Positions 1 to 14,340 of a stretch of DNA of 64,000 bases are shown here, piece by piece (positions within the stretch are counted from its first letter, which is position 1; every line of letters begins with the position of its first letter). The notes below the pieces were generated by a model. The model saw only the letters and a program-made list of their open reading frames with translations, was not told the origin of the DNA and made no database searches. The DNA is from Octopus bimaculoides (taxonomy: Eukaryota), in NCBI RefSeq assembly GCF_001194135.2, contig NC_068983.1, forward strand, positions 8,832,259 to 8,896,258. Reading direction: 5' to 3'. The position numbers and the translations under genes were made by a program.

Positions 1-2202
1 CATTCCTCTTATTTTTGTATATATTTTTGTATATATATATATATATATATATATACTTTTCTACTGCGAAGAATTAAATGTATATTATAGATATTTATTC
101 AATGGTGTGTCATGTCCAGTGCTGTCAATGCTTTGTTGATGGGTTTATAATAAGTCTAAAATACGTTGTGTCTTATTTTGCGATTGCTTAAAATTATATT
201 TAGATATTGCTAATATAGTTTTGATTTTCTTCCGACACAATTAGTTCTTACTATTTTAAAATTTCGCTGCATTAAATATATTAACAGCAACAACTACAGT
301 TGATTATATTGACTGTAGCAATTACTTTGTATCTATATTATAAATAATATTTATATTGTTTAAGTTGATTTATATTACTGATCGAGACTGAATATAACTT
401 AAAACGGCATGCGATTTTCGAATTTTGAGAACAACGAATTTATATCTTTGACCTAGAACTGTTGCACGGGCAAGGATTACACAGCATGCTGGATTTACTG
501 GACCACTTCGATCCTACATTAATTCCTGGATTTAGCTGTAATCAGTAACTATTTATAATGAAATAATGCATGATTTATTGCAGGAGGAATATAGACGTTC
601 ACATTCTGAGGTAACTTTCGATCAGAAAGAAAGCTACCGCCTTGCATTATAGTTATCAAATACTGCGTTGGATTATAGTTATCAAATAGAAAACAGTTGT
701 TGAACGAGCTACACTCTCAGCAGATTTCGCAACGCTAGCAGTGAATTTACAACATAGCCAAGGATTAGAGTAAGAAAATTTTGATTCAATAGTAGTTCTG
801 AACAAGAATTACTAGAGTGGAACCAAATTGTCATGGAGGGACCAGTCCTTACAGAGACAAGATGACGCCGTCTAGTTTGTTAAATACTTGATAAGAGACC
901 GTACGCTATAACAACTGTACTATTTGCATTATTCCAAAACTTTAATCTTAGCCATTTAAAAATACATACAGAAACTACTATATTCATGTTTGCATAGCTT
1001 CTTAACACATTTTGATGTGATGAACCCTACTTTTCAACGTCATACTTCCTCTTAGTGTCTGAAAGAATTCCAATTCTATAAAAAAAAGTCAGTCGTAGGC
1101 AACTTTATATAAGCCTCAGGAACTTTTCTTATTTCTACTATTCATTTTCATTCGTGTTTGTATTCTTCATACGGTTTCTTTCTTGGTTTCATTCAACTTT
1201 AAGCATGTCAGTTTCATATATAGAGTAATTACTTTGTCTTGCTCAGTAGTATTTTTTATGCGACTGAATTAAATTTTTGTTTAACCTTTCGGCTGTTCGT
1301 CTGCTGTATTGTTGCATCATGAGATCTGGACTCGTGTATCTCTTGTTAATTTCATATTCAATTCATTTTTAAAAATTTTCCTGTGCATTCTATCGCATAC
1401 ATACATACATACATACATACATACATACCAATAGGTAGTACATACATGCATACACACGCCCACACACATTTATAGTGTGTACGCGTGCCTGCGTGCAGTA
1501 GCTTATTAAATTAATTAGTATTATTTCTATAAAGTCTACTTATAACATTCTTTTTAATCCGGAGGCGACTTTTAAACATTCAGAGACTTTATTCATTTAG
1601 TATTTATGAAGTATTTCAATATCTTAATAATGAATGTGTATAGACTTTTTCATATAGGAATCTTGCTACTTTCAAGTATTTAACCCCACTTTGCCAGTAT
1701 ATGCATCAACGTAACAAAACTATGATATAAAAATGTTTATAATATATTCATATATTCTAAACATATAGTATATATTTTCAATAAATAAATATAATATATA
1801 GCATAAAAGGAAATCTCATCTTAAAATGAGGAAAATTACAGACATACAAATTGCAAAAAGTATCAAAATGCAGAAATGAAATTCGAAAAATAAACGTGAT
1901 AACAAAAAGGAAGATTCATTTACACACAGAGGAGTAATTGACCGAGATATAGAATTATTTGATGTATAATATTGATATCGATACCAAGCTAACTACAGAA
2001 CATCTTTCATTTAGCAGAGATGCATAGAAATTAAGTTTTGTATCGAATGAAACGTGTAACTAGAAGACAAAAGAAGAAAATGCATGTGAAGCACACAGCC
2101 CCTCTATTAATGGTTAAATTATTTTTTCATAATGTAACTGGAACCTACCTACCTATCTTTCTATCTATCTACCTTTCACTATATCTTTGTCTGTCTCTCC
2201 AC

Positions 2203-2253
<51 letters not shown>

Positions 2254-2671
2254 GTGTGTGTATGTATGTCTGTGTGCTTTTAAATGCGAATATACCCATA
2301 GATACATAATTTCACCCAGAGTACACGATAGTTATTAAGTTACCTTTGGCTTCGTAAGCGTATACGATAACAAAAGTTTGCGTTACAGAAAGATATTTGA
2401 AGCATAAATAGAACGCCTAAAAAAACACAAAATATTCATTCACATGCTTTGAAATGAATGGATCTTAATAGAGTTGAATATACTCAAACGAACACCCCGG
2501 AGGATGAGTGGATGAAGTAATTTGGAATATATAATACATAATTACAGACATGCATATATAATAGCAACATGCTTCTGCACATGCTCATTCAGCTAAACAC
2601 TAACACACACACTTATATATACACACATACACATAAATACATTTATAGCTATTTCCGTAAGCACACACATA

Positions 2672-2719
<48 letters not shown>

Positions 2720-3331
2720 CGTACCCAGTTAAGATAACTATGTATGAATGTTTCAATCTATCCATGTAGGTGTGTGTTTATATGCGTGTTTGAAGGGTTG
2801 AACCTTGTTTTTCAAAAGAAGTATATTCTGTTTATTCTGTTGGTAAGTTATGAATACTACTCGAATCATTTCAATTTAATTCAATAAACGATTGCACTAC
2901 TATGCCTTTCTCCTTTGTACAAAATTGTTATGTACACGATCCGCCAAACTATATTTTATAGTTATCTATTATTGAACATACATTTTAATCCTTCATGTTC
3001 TCGTCTTTTAGTATCAGAATGTCGTTTAAAGAGATGTAGGATGTATTTCTTAATTCTTGTTCTATATGTTACGTGCATGACTTTTTTATGCTCCTTCCCT
3101 CTCTCTTTATTCTGCCGCTTCTCTCTCTCACTCTATCCTCCTCCTTGGTTCAACAAGCCAGCATTTCGTATCAGTAAAATATCTCCTTTTAGTTCTTAAA
3201 AAATGTGGTGTTTGCAGAGATATAAACACTATGTTCATTTATCTATATTAGGATTACTGAAGTGATGCCTTCTTTATTGAAACGATATATATATAATATA
3301 TATAGAGAGAGAGAGAAAGAGGGAATAAGAG

Positions 3332-3389
<58 letters not shown>

Positions 3390-4059
3390 GAACACATAGA
3401 TATGAAGATATGAACACAAAATTTGCGGCGCAGGGGTATACGGCATATTACCAGATGTTTGTGCTACAGTTGATAAACCCCAAAATCTACTGCTGTACTT
3501 GACGTACTTCGACGATAATCGTCATAACTACAGATTCTCTAGAGTACAATGATAAAGAAAATATACAGATAAAAAGTAATAGTTATTCTATGCTATAAAG
3601 AATGTATATGTACTGCAGAAAATGGACTGTCGTTATTGCGTATTACGTATTAAAACAGTGACAGCTCACTTTGTCAACTTTAATAGAAAAGCTACAACAT
3701 AAAAATGTGTAGGTACATAAATAGACATGTATGCAAATGAGTACAATTAGGTCATTATAACAGACCAAATGAATAGAGGGTGGAGAAAGTGAGAGAGAGT
3801 AAGAACGTATGAGAGTGTTGAGTGATTGAGTGGAGATTGGAAGGCTGTTAAAGCCAAGCCTTACCGCCATACAAGTTTCAGTGGTTCATTACGCATTTAT
3901 ATACGCTCACAAAAGCACACATGCAGAAATAATGTACAGAGGATAGAGAAGTCAGGAAGAAACAGACGTTGTACAACGTTGTATTAATGGTATAAAGAAT
4001 AGTGACAAAAAACTATACTATTAACAAAAAGTATTTAAAAAGAAACAAAAACAATAGTG

Positions 4060-4215
4060 TTGCTTTCAAATTTTGACCCAAGGCCAGCAATGCTTGAGAA
4101 GTGATTCGTCGACTGCACCGGCCCCATTGCTCAACAAGTATTTATTTTTTCAAATAAAAGGCAAAGTCTACCGCGGCGAAATTTGAACTCAGAACATTAA
4201 AACGGACTACATGTT
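4060..4215 (-). mobile_element. Degenerate tRNA-derived SINE, family A (octopus OK/OR-type SINE)
   Basis: aaggcaaagtctaccgcggcgaaatttgaactcagaac matches the ggcaaagtcgacctcggcggaatttgaactcagaac core seen in better copies at 38115-38323 and 51971-52399. Confidence 0.65.
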
Positions 4216-4577
4216 AAAATGAGAAGAAAAAGAGTCAGTAAGAGAACATGAACTTGGAACTTATTCAACTTATAGTTTGCCATTAAGCTGCCTGTGTGAC
4301 GCTGGACTTGAATCTCACACAAGAACATAAAATAGAATACTAACTATTATAGAAAGTACCTGTCAGTTTGGCCATAACAATATGTAACCGGATCTGCAAA
4401 TCTCAAGTTCTGATAAACATTTTAAGGTTCATCAAGATCTTACGTTACTGGTTGTTCAAACTCTACCCAAACTTGTATAGTCTTAAACGACACATAAGTT
4501 CTCAGGCTAGAACTAAGCATCGTGTACACTGAGAAAGTCAAGCTTTGCAATGAGCACACAGATACAGACACACACGC

Positions 4578-4623
<46 letters not shown>

Positions 4624-5195
4624 TCACATCTCTATGTATGAATGTAGGTGTCCATATCATTAACATTATGAATAGAAGCGCGAAGCAGAGCCTGAAAGTA
4701 AACAATCTTTAAACCAAATTCAAATATATTTGAGTATTATTTCAACACGTAAAGAGCTATTCACCATCATGTAGAGAACATTGTTGTGTAAAACATTTTT
4801 GCTCGAAAAAATCCATACGTCTGTATGTGTATATTTGCATAATAACTTCGTATGTATGTACATATGTATGTATGTAAGTCAGTTTGTGTATGTTTGTTAG
4901 AGTGTGCATTAGCTTTTCTGCATGTAACTGATGTATAGTTAGAGTAAAGTCTACAATGTATAGATATGCCGATCTAAAATAGTTACTGTCTCGTCAAGTG
5001 AGCAAAAAAAACTCATTGACTATTTTTATATATTTGAGTCGTATTTAAAAGTTTCTTTGTTTTTATAAGCATGTAAGTCAAATAGAAGATTTATCTTCCT
5101 TGTCATTACACATAGATCCAGATCAAAATCCATAAATAATTTTGGGGGTTGCTGTGGAGAAATTTGCTGATCGTATCAAGAAAAGAGATAAATAG

Positions 5196-5243
<48 letters not shown>

Positions 5244-5264
5244 CATACATACATACATACATAA

Positions 5265-5295
<31 letters not shown>

Positions 5296-5445
5296 TGGAT
5301 AAGTAGGTAGATAAAAATATTGATTGACTGCTTGTGTGTTTGATATATATATATATANNNNNNNNNNNNNNNNNNNNNNNNNNNNNNNNNNNNNNNNNNN
5401 NNNNNNNNNNNNNNNNNNNNNNNNNNNNNNNNNNNNNNNNNNNNN

Positions 5446-5492
<47 letters not shown>

Positions 5493-5879
5493 CATATGTA
5501 TATACATACATATATATGTATATACATACATATATATGTATATATATTAGAAAGTAAAAGCAGGAAACTTACATCGTAAAAATTATAGTAGAGATACGTC
5601 CATGATATAAATAATATTGTATTAAAAAATAAATATATAAAGTATAAGTATGATTATACAACAAGTTTTGAGATACCTTACGATCGTTGCATGACTATAT
5701 TACCTTTCGAAATGGAATCCTAAATTGATAATCATAATTATGTAGTACATTTACACATCAGAGGAAAAGGATTCATTTTTGTGTAGTCAATCGAATGATA
5801 GAGATGCTATTTAAAATCGTATCAGGATAAACTTGTAACCCATGTTTATACCAATACACGTCTATATCAATAACTTTTT

Positions 5880-6025
5880 AAATGGCACCACATGCAACAT
5901 CAGACTGATACGGAGCATATATTTGCTGGGAAAATAGAGGAACTCAATACAGGAGAGTAAAATCTTCCTGGACAGTTGTGATTCGTGACGCTGGAATGAG
6001 TACTCGGTTAAGTTATCAGAATCCA
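5880..6025 (+). mobile_element. RTE-like LINE remnant (copy A)
   Basis: About 75% identical by manual alignment over about 145 bp to the reverse complement of 7705-7850; translation SWTVVIRDAGMSTRLSYQN. Confidence 0.45.
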
Positions 6026-6059
6026 GTCATATGTATATACATATACACCGCTAGCCACC

Positions 6060-6200
6060 AAGCTTCTATTTTCTCTCCCTGTTTCTTTCTGTGTTCCTTT
6101 CTGTCGAAGAGTGAAGGGCCACTTGCTGCGCGTTAAACTAATACATCTGTTTGTTGTTTACACACACGTCTTCGTCTTTCGTTTTTTTTTTTTGGTAAAT
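6060..6200 (+). repeat. Penelope-associated short dispersed repeat (internally deleted copy)
   Basis: tttctgtcgaagag...taaactaatacatctgtttgttgtttacacacacgtcttcgtc is shared with 15165-15262 (minus) and 32810-32945. Confidence 0.6.
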
Positions 6201-6214
6201 TCTCACTAAATGCA

Positions 6215-6259
<45 letters not shown>

Positions 6260-6594
6260 ACGTTTATACATACATATACATGTAAACATATTCATACACA
6301 TACACACATTTATATATATCAACTCAGTATAATGCTGATCAATTTATCATTAAACTTTGAATAAATAACCATATATGGCATTTCGCCCAAGCCAAAGCTA
6401 CAAATTGCTGTGAAGTGATGAATTGAACTTTTTAATATATGTATGTATTTGTGCATGCTTGTGCGGGTGTTTGTGCGTGTGCGTGTGTGCGTGTGTGCGT
6501 GTGCGTGTGAATACAATACACGCATATATATATATATATATTCACCTACCTATGCATTCATGTCTGCAAATATTTATACTTACGCTTGCATATG

Positions 6595-6679
<85 letters not shown>

Positions 6680-7256
6680 CATATATATATATACATACAC
6701 ATATATATATATACATATCATATGTGTTTGCATAAGAAAAAATCTTGCATTTATGTGTGTGAAGCTATTCATGATTATACTTTTAATGTGTTATATATTA
6801 CTCCGTTGTATATTAAGGTCATTTATATGTGTGACATGAATTATATTACTCTATCAAAGGTCTATTATTCCGTTTTCGTCTTATATATGATGCATGTGTG
6901 CCCTAGTTAAGCGCATTGGTTTTGGGTTCAAAATAATTAGAAGGTAGTTATAAATCAATACGCAATTTGCGTTCAAGAAAATAGATGTCCTGTCAACGTG
7001 CATGACAGATAAACGGTAGATATTCGTGATGCCTCGCTACTAACTAATGCACATTATCTTCCGTCGAATTTCATCAGTTTTCTTGTATCATATACAAACG
7101 TATATGCATACGTACGTACAGACAGAGAGACATTCATAAATACATAGTCTTAACATATATTTATAGATATATTTATATTTCTGAGTTCGCTTATGAAGAT
7201 AAAATTAGGCGTTTTATATGCATAACGGCATCGAATTGAATATTAACAAAATAATG

Positions 7257-7301
<45 letters not shown>

Positions 7302-7479
7302 TAGATAGGTATAGATAAAGTGATAGATGTTTGTATGTGCGGAAGCGTGCGCGTTTGTGTGTGTGTAATGATATGCAAAAATATAGCGGAAACGTTTGAG
7401 TAGGTAATGGTCATATGAAAGTTTATTTTCCTTTTCTGTCATTGATGTCACAATCAGGGGTTTGCATTTCAACAGTGTC

Positions 7480-8310
7480 GCCATCCTGCGCCTTCCAGAA
7501 AATCAGTGGATTTTCTGACCATAATCTCGGCAATGTATACGTTCCTCTCTATTACGATACATTTTGTTAGACGCTGCAGCCATCAAGCGGCAGCAAATCA
7601 CTGAAGTGAATTAGAAGTAATTTGCTCATCCTCACAGTTCACCTCTGAGTGACATTATGACCTTGATCTTCATATATGCCTAGATGTCCGAGCAGTATCA
7701 GATTCTGATACCTTAACCGAGTACTAAGTCCAGCGGCACGAATCACCACTGTCCAGGAGAATTCTACTTCACTAATATCGGGTTCGCCGACTTTCCCAGC
7801 AAATGTGTATTCCGTACCATTCCGATATTGTATGTGGGTAGACATCTCTACATCAAAATGCATATCATCATGACAATGCTTTCGACACCTTACGCAGGTA
7901 CGTCTTCCCCGTGACCCGAGTGGGACACCATTCATAATCTCTGTCTTCCAAAACAATGTTTTCAAAGCCGAAACATATAGGTGAGGATTGAGAAGACAAT
8001 CGTGACGGAAGAAACATCCGATGTGAAAATGCTTAGACAGTGTCATGCCGCCTCCTTTATTTCCTGTCACTATAAAGATAGACACTAATTATCTGGTACG
8101 GCTGGCATCATGTGATATTCTCTAATGTATTCACGCTTCTGTCCTTTGTTCGTCACTAATATGTTCCATTTTCTAACGCGATCTACGCTATATACAGTTC
8201 CTGATTCCCCTTTCCAAACAAGCATGCAACCTTCATAGCATTCCTGGCCTGACTATGTTTTACCACAGCAGTTACCTAACAGCTTTTCAAGCAGAATATG
8301 CAATACATAC
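7480..8310 (-). mobile_element. Degenerate RTE-clade LINE ORF2 C-terminal fragment
   Basis: Frameshifted minus-strand translation resembles the RTE RT C-terminus (..KGGG..; GVPLGSRGR.TCVR; RCL..NI..VRNT.LLGK; FSWTVVIR resembling LRW.GHV.R); multiple stops in most frames. Confidence 0.45.
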
Positions 8311-8561
8311 ATGCTACTTTTTCAAAGAATGTATGAAGTCTAAGGCTAATTTTTGTTTTCTTGTTACCTTGAAACAAAAACCATTAAAAAATTGGAACGA
8401 ATAGATAGAAAGCCAAATAGAATGAGAGACTGTAACAGATATAGTTAGTGATAATATAGAGTCACTTAAGTTGCATTTGGCTGTTAATTGTATAAAGTCT
8501 GTCAAATTCGTAAAGGCTCTGCCGTTAGGTCTGTTCAGTTGATGTTGTTATAATTATTGTC

Positions 8562-9129
8562 GGATCTTTTTTAAAACGGGGGCCACATTTTTCATTAACG
8601 AAACACTTTGAAACTTGGAACACTGGTAGAATGTTTCATATAAAACATCTTTTTCTCTTGGTCTTCTTAAAAAAAAAAGAAATCCATAAGCTATTCCATG
8701 TTGAAGTTGTCGTATTTCTGTAATTTCAACCAATCACTGACGTCCATTCAGCCGATATACATTAAGTGCCGACTACATAAACAAACGATTCTGAAACAAT
8801 TAACCCTAAGCCTAACCCTAGGGTTAGGGTTAGGGTTAAAGCAAATTTAAAATGAAAAAAGCAAATAAAACGAAGGTATGGAGATTAAATACGCTTTACA
8901 CCGCTTAATCAGCCAAAGGAGTAAATGTAAACAACTGAATACTTGTCAGTGATTGGTTGAAATTATCGAAATAAGACAATTTTTTACATGAAATAAATTC
9001 GAATACAAAAATATTTTTGTGTTCTATAACACAAAATAGATAAGTATACGAAATTTGAAAGTCTTTCCGTACCAAAAACACTACGTAAAACATTAATGAA
9101 AAATGCGGCCCCCGTTTTAAAATAGATCC
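8562..9129. mobile_element. Non-autonomous DNA transposon (MITE), Merlin-like, with 37-bp TIRs and 8-bp TSD
   Basis: TIRs ggatcttttttaaaacgggggccacatttttcattaa (8562-8598) and ttaatgaaaaatgcggcccccgttttaaaatagatcc (9093-9129), 35/37 match; TSD ttattgtc at 8554-8561 and 9130-9137. Confidence 0.88.
8801..8838. repeat. Interstitial telomeric repeats in inverted (CCCTAA then TTAGGG) arrangement
   Basis: taaccctaagcctaaccctagggttagggttagggtta. Confidence 0.85.
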
Positions 9130-9795
9130 TTATTGTCCTTTAGACCAAAGTTATGCCTAAGAGACAGGACATATGTTGGAAGGTTTCTAGACTTAGAAAC
9201 AAGAAAATCTATTGAATTTTTTTTTAGGGAAAAGTATTGTCAACATCTCTATAACTACAAGCATGTGGTACAATCATTGCCGAACAAACAAAGCATATAC
9301 ACATACACTCTGTGGTTTCAAGTATTTACCTTCTTGGCTTACCGAATAATCAATAAAAGAAGTGGACATTCGATACAATACTGTGTAACATTCGATAATA
9401 TCCTGGTTATCTCAGTTTTCTCTTATCAGTAAAATAACTGAAATGTAACATCGATTTGTGCTTCAAGCTTAGACATATGTGTCATAGATGCATAATTTGA
9501 GAGAACATCTATTATCTTGATAAAATAGTCTCAAAGAATCAATGATGCAAGCGGCATAGAAATATTTTTATTGAACTTCGGATAACAGCTGTGGAATTAA
9601 TAAGGGTCTTCTGATGATTGTAAATGTTATTCTGAAGCGCACGATATATCATACGTAGCTATCGGTATGTGCATCTAGCTTTGTATATGTGCTTACACAC
9701 ACACACACACACACACACACAAGTATATGCGTGTGTGTGAATCTATCTATCAATCGATCTAGCTAGCTACCTCTCTCTCTATGTATTTGTGTGTG

Positions 9796-9835
<40 letters not shown>

Positions 9836-10199
9836 ACTCTATACATTCTCTTATGAATTTCAGTTCAAAGCTGTGGCTATGCTGGGTAATCACACACACA
9901 CACACGTGTATATATATATATATATATATATACATATATAGTAAAATGAGGATTCAGATCAAATCGAGCACTTGAAAAATTACGCACCAGGTAGGGTTAG
10001 ATCATTTCTGTGGTTCCGGCTATTATTGGTGAATATCAAATAGGATATTTTGGTTGTGTACACAGAGAAAACCAACTCTATGAGTATTTAGCACCAAGTG
10101 GTTGGTCCAAATTACGCGTTACTTTGAATAGTATATTGTTGGTATACTCTAAAGTATGCTAAAAGTCTTAAACTCCGTTGATGTATTATAATCAAATGG

Positions 10200-10490
10200 A
10201 TAATAACATTCGATGAATAATTGTCAGCTCATTACACCTGTTTCTTACGTAACTTTTTAATAGAAGTATGAGAACAATTGTTCCGTTACAAACGACAGTA
10301 ATCCTCAGTCTGTCAAGGCCGACCATTTCATACTTTAGCTCACAAATTTCAGCAATATCCCTGCTGTATTCTTGGAATGTTCTTTTGTTTGTAAAGTTAC
10401 TTCTCATCTGGTGAATATGTTTTTTTGTAACGGACGGAGAACTAAGAAACAGCTGTAATGAGTTAACAATTATCCATTGTATGTTAGTAT
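10200..10490. mobile_element. Foldback/MITE-like element with 49-bp imperfect inverted ends
   Basis: 10200-10248 vs 10442-10490: 41/49 reverse-complement identity; no clear TSD. Confidence 0.6.
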
Positions 10491-10492
10491 TT

Positions 10493-10539
<47 letters not shown>

Positions 10540-13057
10540 NNNNNNNNNNNNNNNNNNNNNNNNNNNNNNNNNNNNNNNNNNNNNNNNNNNNNNNNNNNNN
10601 TATATTCTCAGCTGTAATTGTTGGCGTTCCAATTAGGGATGTGGTGTACATATGCCCGCCTAGCCCCCTCGGTACCATCATTCAAAAGCAAAAAGAATGT
10701 GAAAAACCGTATTGTGAGCAACGAAGTATAACAATAACAACATCATGTGTACGTATGTATGTATCCACTTATTCGCGAAAATGTGTACAATGTTCCTATC
10801 AGTGTGATGTGGCATTTCTCTTCATTGGCTAATTTTGCATGTTGATATTGGAATGTGTGTGACTGTCCGTGTGTAGATGGTTGTATGTGTCTGTGTTTGT
10901 GGGTGTTAAAGGTGTGCATGTGTGCGTACTTCCGAGAGAATTATGAATAAGTAGGTGAAAGTATCATATATAAAAGAAAGAAAATGACAGAAAATATGTC
11001 AGATGGCACTATTAAAAGGTAGCAAATTACACCCAAATCGAACAAAACACATATTTGGCGTAATTTCGCTCAATTCCGTCTACTCTGACGGAAATATCAT
11101 CGCAGATATTTTTTGTAACTGCAATTTGATATTTACTGTAATAGTTTTCTCCTGATTACGTCTGTTAAAGTCATAATTTTTTCACTGAGACATGGTGACA
11201 TATACTATTAAAGTAACACATTGTCACTCTTTGGAATAAAATACTTCCTTCCTTCCTTTTACAGCTGGAATCTATTCTATGGGTGTTCAAATTTTGTGCC
11301 TGCCCAGTGTCACTCAAAAGTCTTTTGACGAAATGCAACCATAGTAAAATTCCAAGATTTTACGCCGTAGGATAGAACCAAGAACTATGTAATTGCAACA
11401 TGAACTATTTAAATATCTTCCGTTCCAAATTATATACATAGAAAAACATCAGTAGACCTATTTCTCTCTTTTATCATAAATTGATTATCTTTTTTGATAA
11501 AACACAATTTATTTGCTTATTGGGAAAAGTGGTAATTTAATATGTAATGCGGTCAATAGTTTCGTGAATGAGATGAGCTTGTCTAAATAGTGACATTCTG
11601 TAGAATTGGTTGGTATTGGTGGACAACATCAATAAAGACGCAGGTTCAGGAATTTTCTGAGCATGTCAACTGGGGTTTCGAATCTGGCGAATTAATGTCA
11701 GTACCCGATGCAGACATTATGTCTCTATTCAGTGGCGAAAGGGAACATGCCATCTTCAATCACATTCATCTCTTCTCTTTCTTTTATTCTCTATACTTTC
11801 TCGTTTTCTTTATCTCTTCTCTCTATCCCTTATTATCTCTTCGTTATATGCAGACTATGTGACAACCTGAATAGAGACTTGACAGCGTTTTCTTGTTGTT
11901 ATCCATAAGATGAGTGAATGGTTATACTGGTTACGTGTACCTTGTATAATAAACTTTGAAAGAAAGTCTTTAGTGCTGTCTTCCGAGACATGAACTTCAG
12001 TCTCTCGATCCCCCTCACACACACACACACTATAGTATGGTGACCACATAATCAACAAATAATAAACCTAACGAGGGACTGAAACAAGCCATCTCTTTCG
12101 AATCGATCACGCACTATCAATAATTATCGAAAACCGATAAATAAATAAGCAGAAAATAAAACCACTACCTAAAATATAGAAAGTTGACAACGTCAGCGCA
12201 AAAAATAAATGTGGCATCAAAGAAACGATATCAATTTATTAAACATATTGTATACATAATAATTTACACTGAACTAATAAATCCAGAGCTCAAAAGCGTA
12301 GGACATCAACAAATTACCAAAAGCTAAGTATAAGTTTTACAACCCCAAATAATCACTCTGAAAGATCATTCGAAATTCACAATAAACATTCGGCAAAAAT
12401 TGTAGTCAAAGAGAAAAAAATACATCGAGAGCATTAATGCCGTTTTAAACCGTTATGGAATCATAAAAAAAATACCTATCATATTCGAAATGGTCTGATT
12501 CATACGTAAGCTTCAAGTTAAATCACTTACAAACTAGTTATATCATTTGGCTGTTTTATAATGTGGGTAGTTCTATGCCTGTATACATATGTGTGTGTGT
12601 GTGTCCATGTGTGCGTCGTGTATATTAACATTACGTATGCACGTATACATTATATTAATAAATAACGTTATTATTTTTACGAGTAATAATGTTCTTATAT
12701 ACACACACACACACACACACACAGACACACATATAGATAGAGATCTCTTATGGCTCTGCGAGCGAACAAATATTTGCTACACTTGCTGCAAACTTACTAC
12801 CACCCTGATCTTTTTTTCTGTTCAAACACACACACACACACACGTAAAATATAGGGTAGCGAGATTCTTTTAGAAATTTCACTACCAGTGGCCTACCATA
12901 TATAAAAAGTCAATAGACAACACATTCTCAATATAAAATAGTGTATATTTAAACACAAGAGAAGCTGCCATCAAGAGGCAGCTTTACACACTAGAAGAAG
13001 CAGTCAAAAATACCAAAACCACAATTAAGAGGAATTTCGAAATTACTCTTAAAGGTG

Positions 13058-13400
13058 GTTTTAGTAAGGCGGTGCTGCAGCATGGCCGCAGTGAAATGAC
13101 TGAAACAAGAAAAACAATAAAAGGATACGTACATACATACATTCATACATACATACAAACATATATACATATATATTCAAACACCATATAGCAATGTAAC
13201 AAATTTCTGCCTTTTATACAACACCTTTTTCAGTCATTCTTCCACTCATTATCCGTCTACGGAATTCAATAAGACGGCTTTGGTCAGCGCAGGGCTATAG
13301 TAGAAGACATTTTCGCAATAAGCCGTTCTTTAGACCTGATCCAAATCCTACGTGGCTGCAAAGAGAACGTTTAATCTACATCCATACTTCCTGTACAAGC
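13058..13400. mobile_element. SINE family B fragments (3' end on plus at 13058-13125; degenerate 5' half on minus at 13225-13400)
   Basis: aaggcggtgctgcagcatggccgcagtgaaatgactgaaacaag and gggctatagtagaagaca match the 56035-56405 copy. Confidence 0.65.
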
Positions 13401-13829
13401 AATATCTCACAATCTAAATTATAAAAATATTGTTTCCGCTAAGGTGAAAAATGAACCATTAACTTTAATTTTCATATATTAGAACATACGAAAATATGAC
13501 AGGCAGACATATACGAAACAGTTTGGAATATAATGAATTCTTTCAGATAGTTACCTCGTATCTTGAGGATATTAGGGTATCGTATTGTATACAAATTAAT
13601 AATTTGAAAATGGAGAAAACCTGAACATAATTGTCATATTCTATGTTAGTTCACCTTAAAATAGAATATACGATCTACACCATATATACAACGTTGAATG
13701 ATTTTAACTAGTTCTTTACACTTTTGCATCTTTTACGTAATCATGAACCTCATACATTCTCCTCCAGAACACGTATACGGTATACGTATACATACGTGTT
13801 CATGTATATGTAAACATATCTCTCTCTCT

Positions 13830-14340
<511 letters not shown>

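Noticed and set aside
421-900. Relatively complex sequence with short open frames and a 17-bp direct repeat (attatagttatcaaata)
   Set aside because: All frames are interrupted within about 40 codons; I could not assign it to a gene or repeat family.
7639-8085. 148-aa ORF with VVIRAAGLSTRL resembling the nucleotidyltransferase motif VILAAG.GTRL
   Set aside because: The motif sits near the C-terminus rather than the N-terminus, the homologous copy at 5880 is frameshifted with neutral-looking substitutions, and neighbouring frames fit an RTE remnant better.
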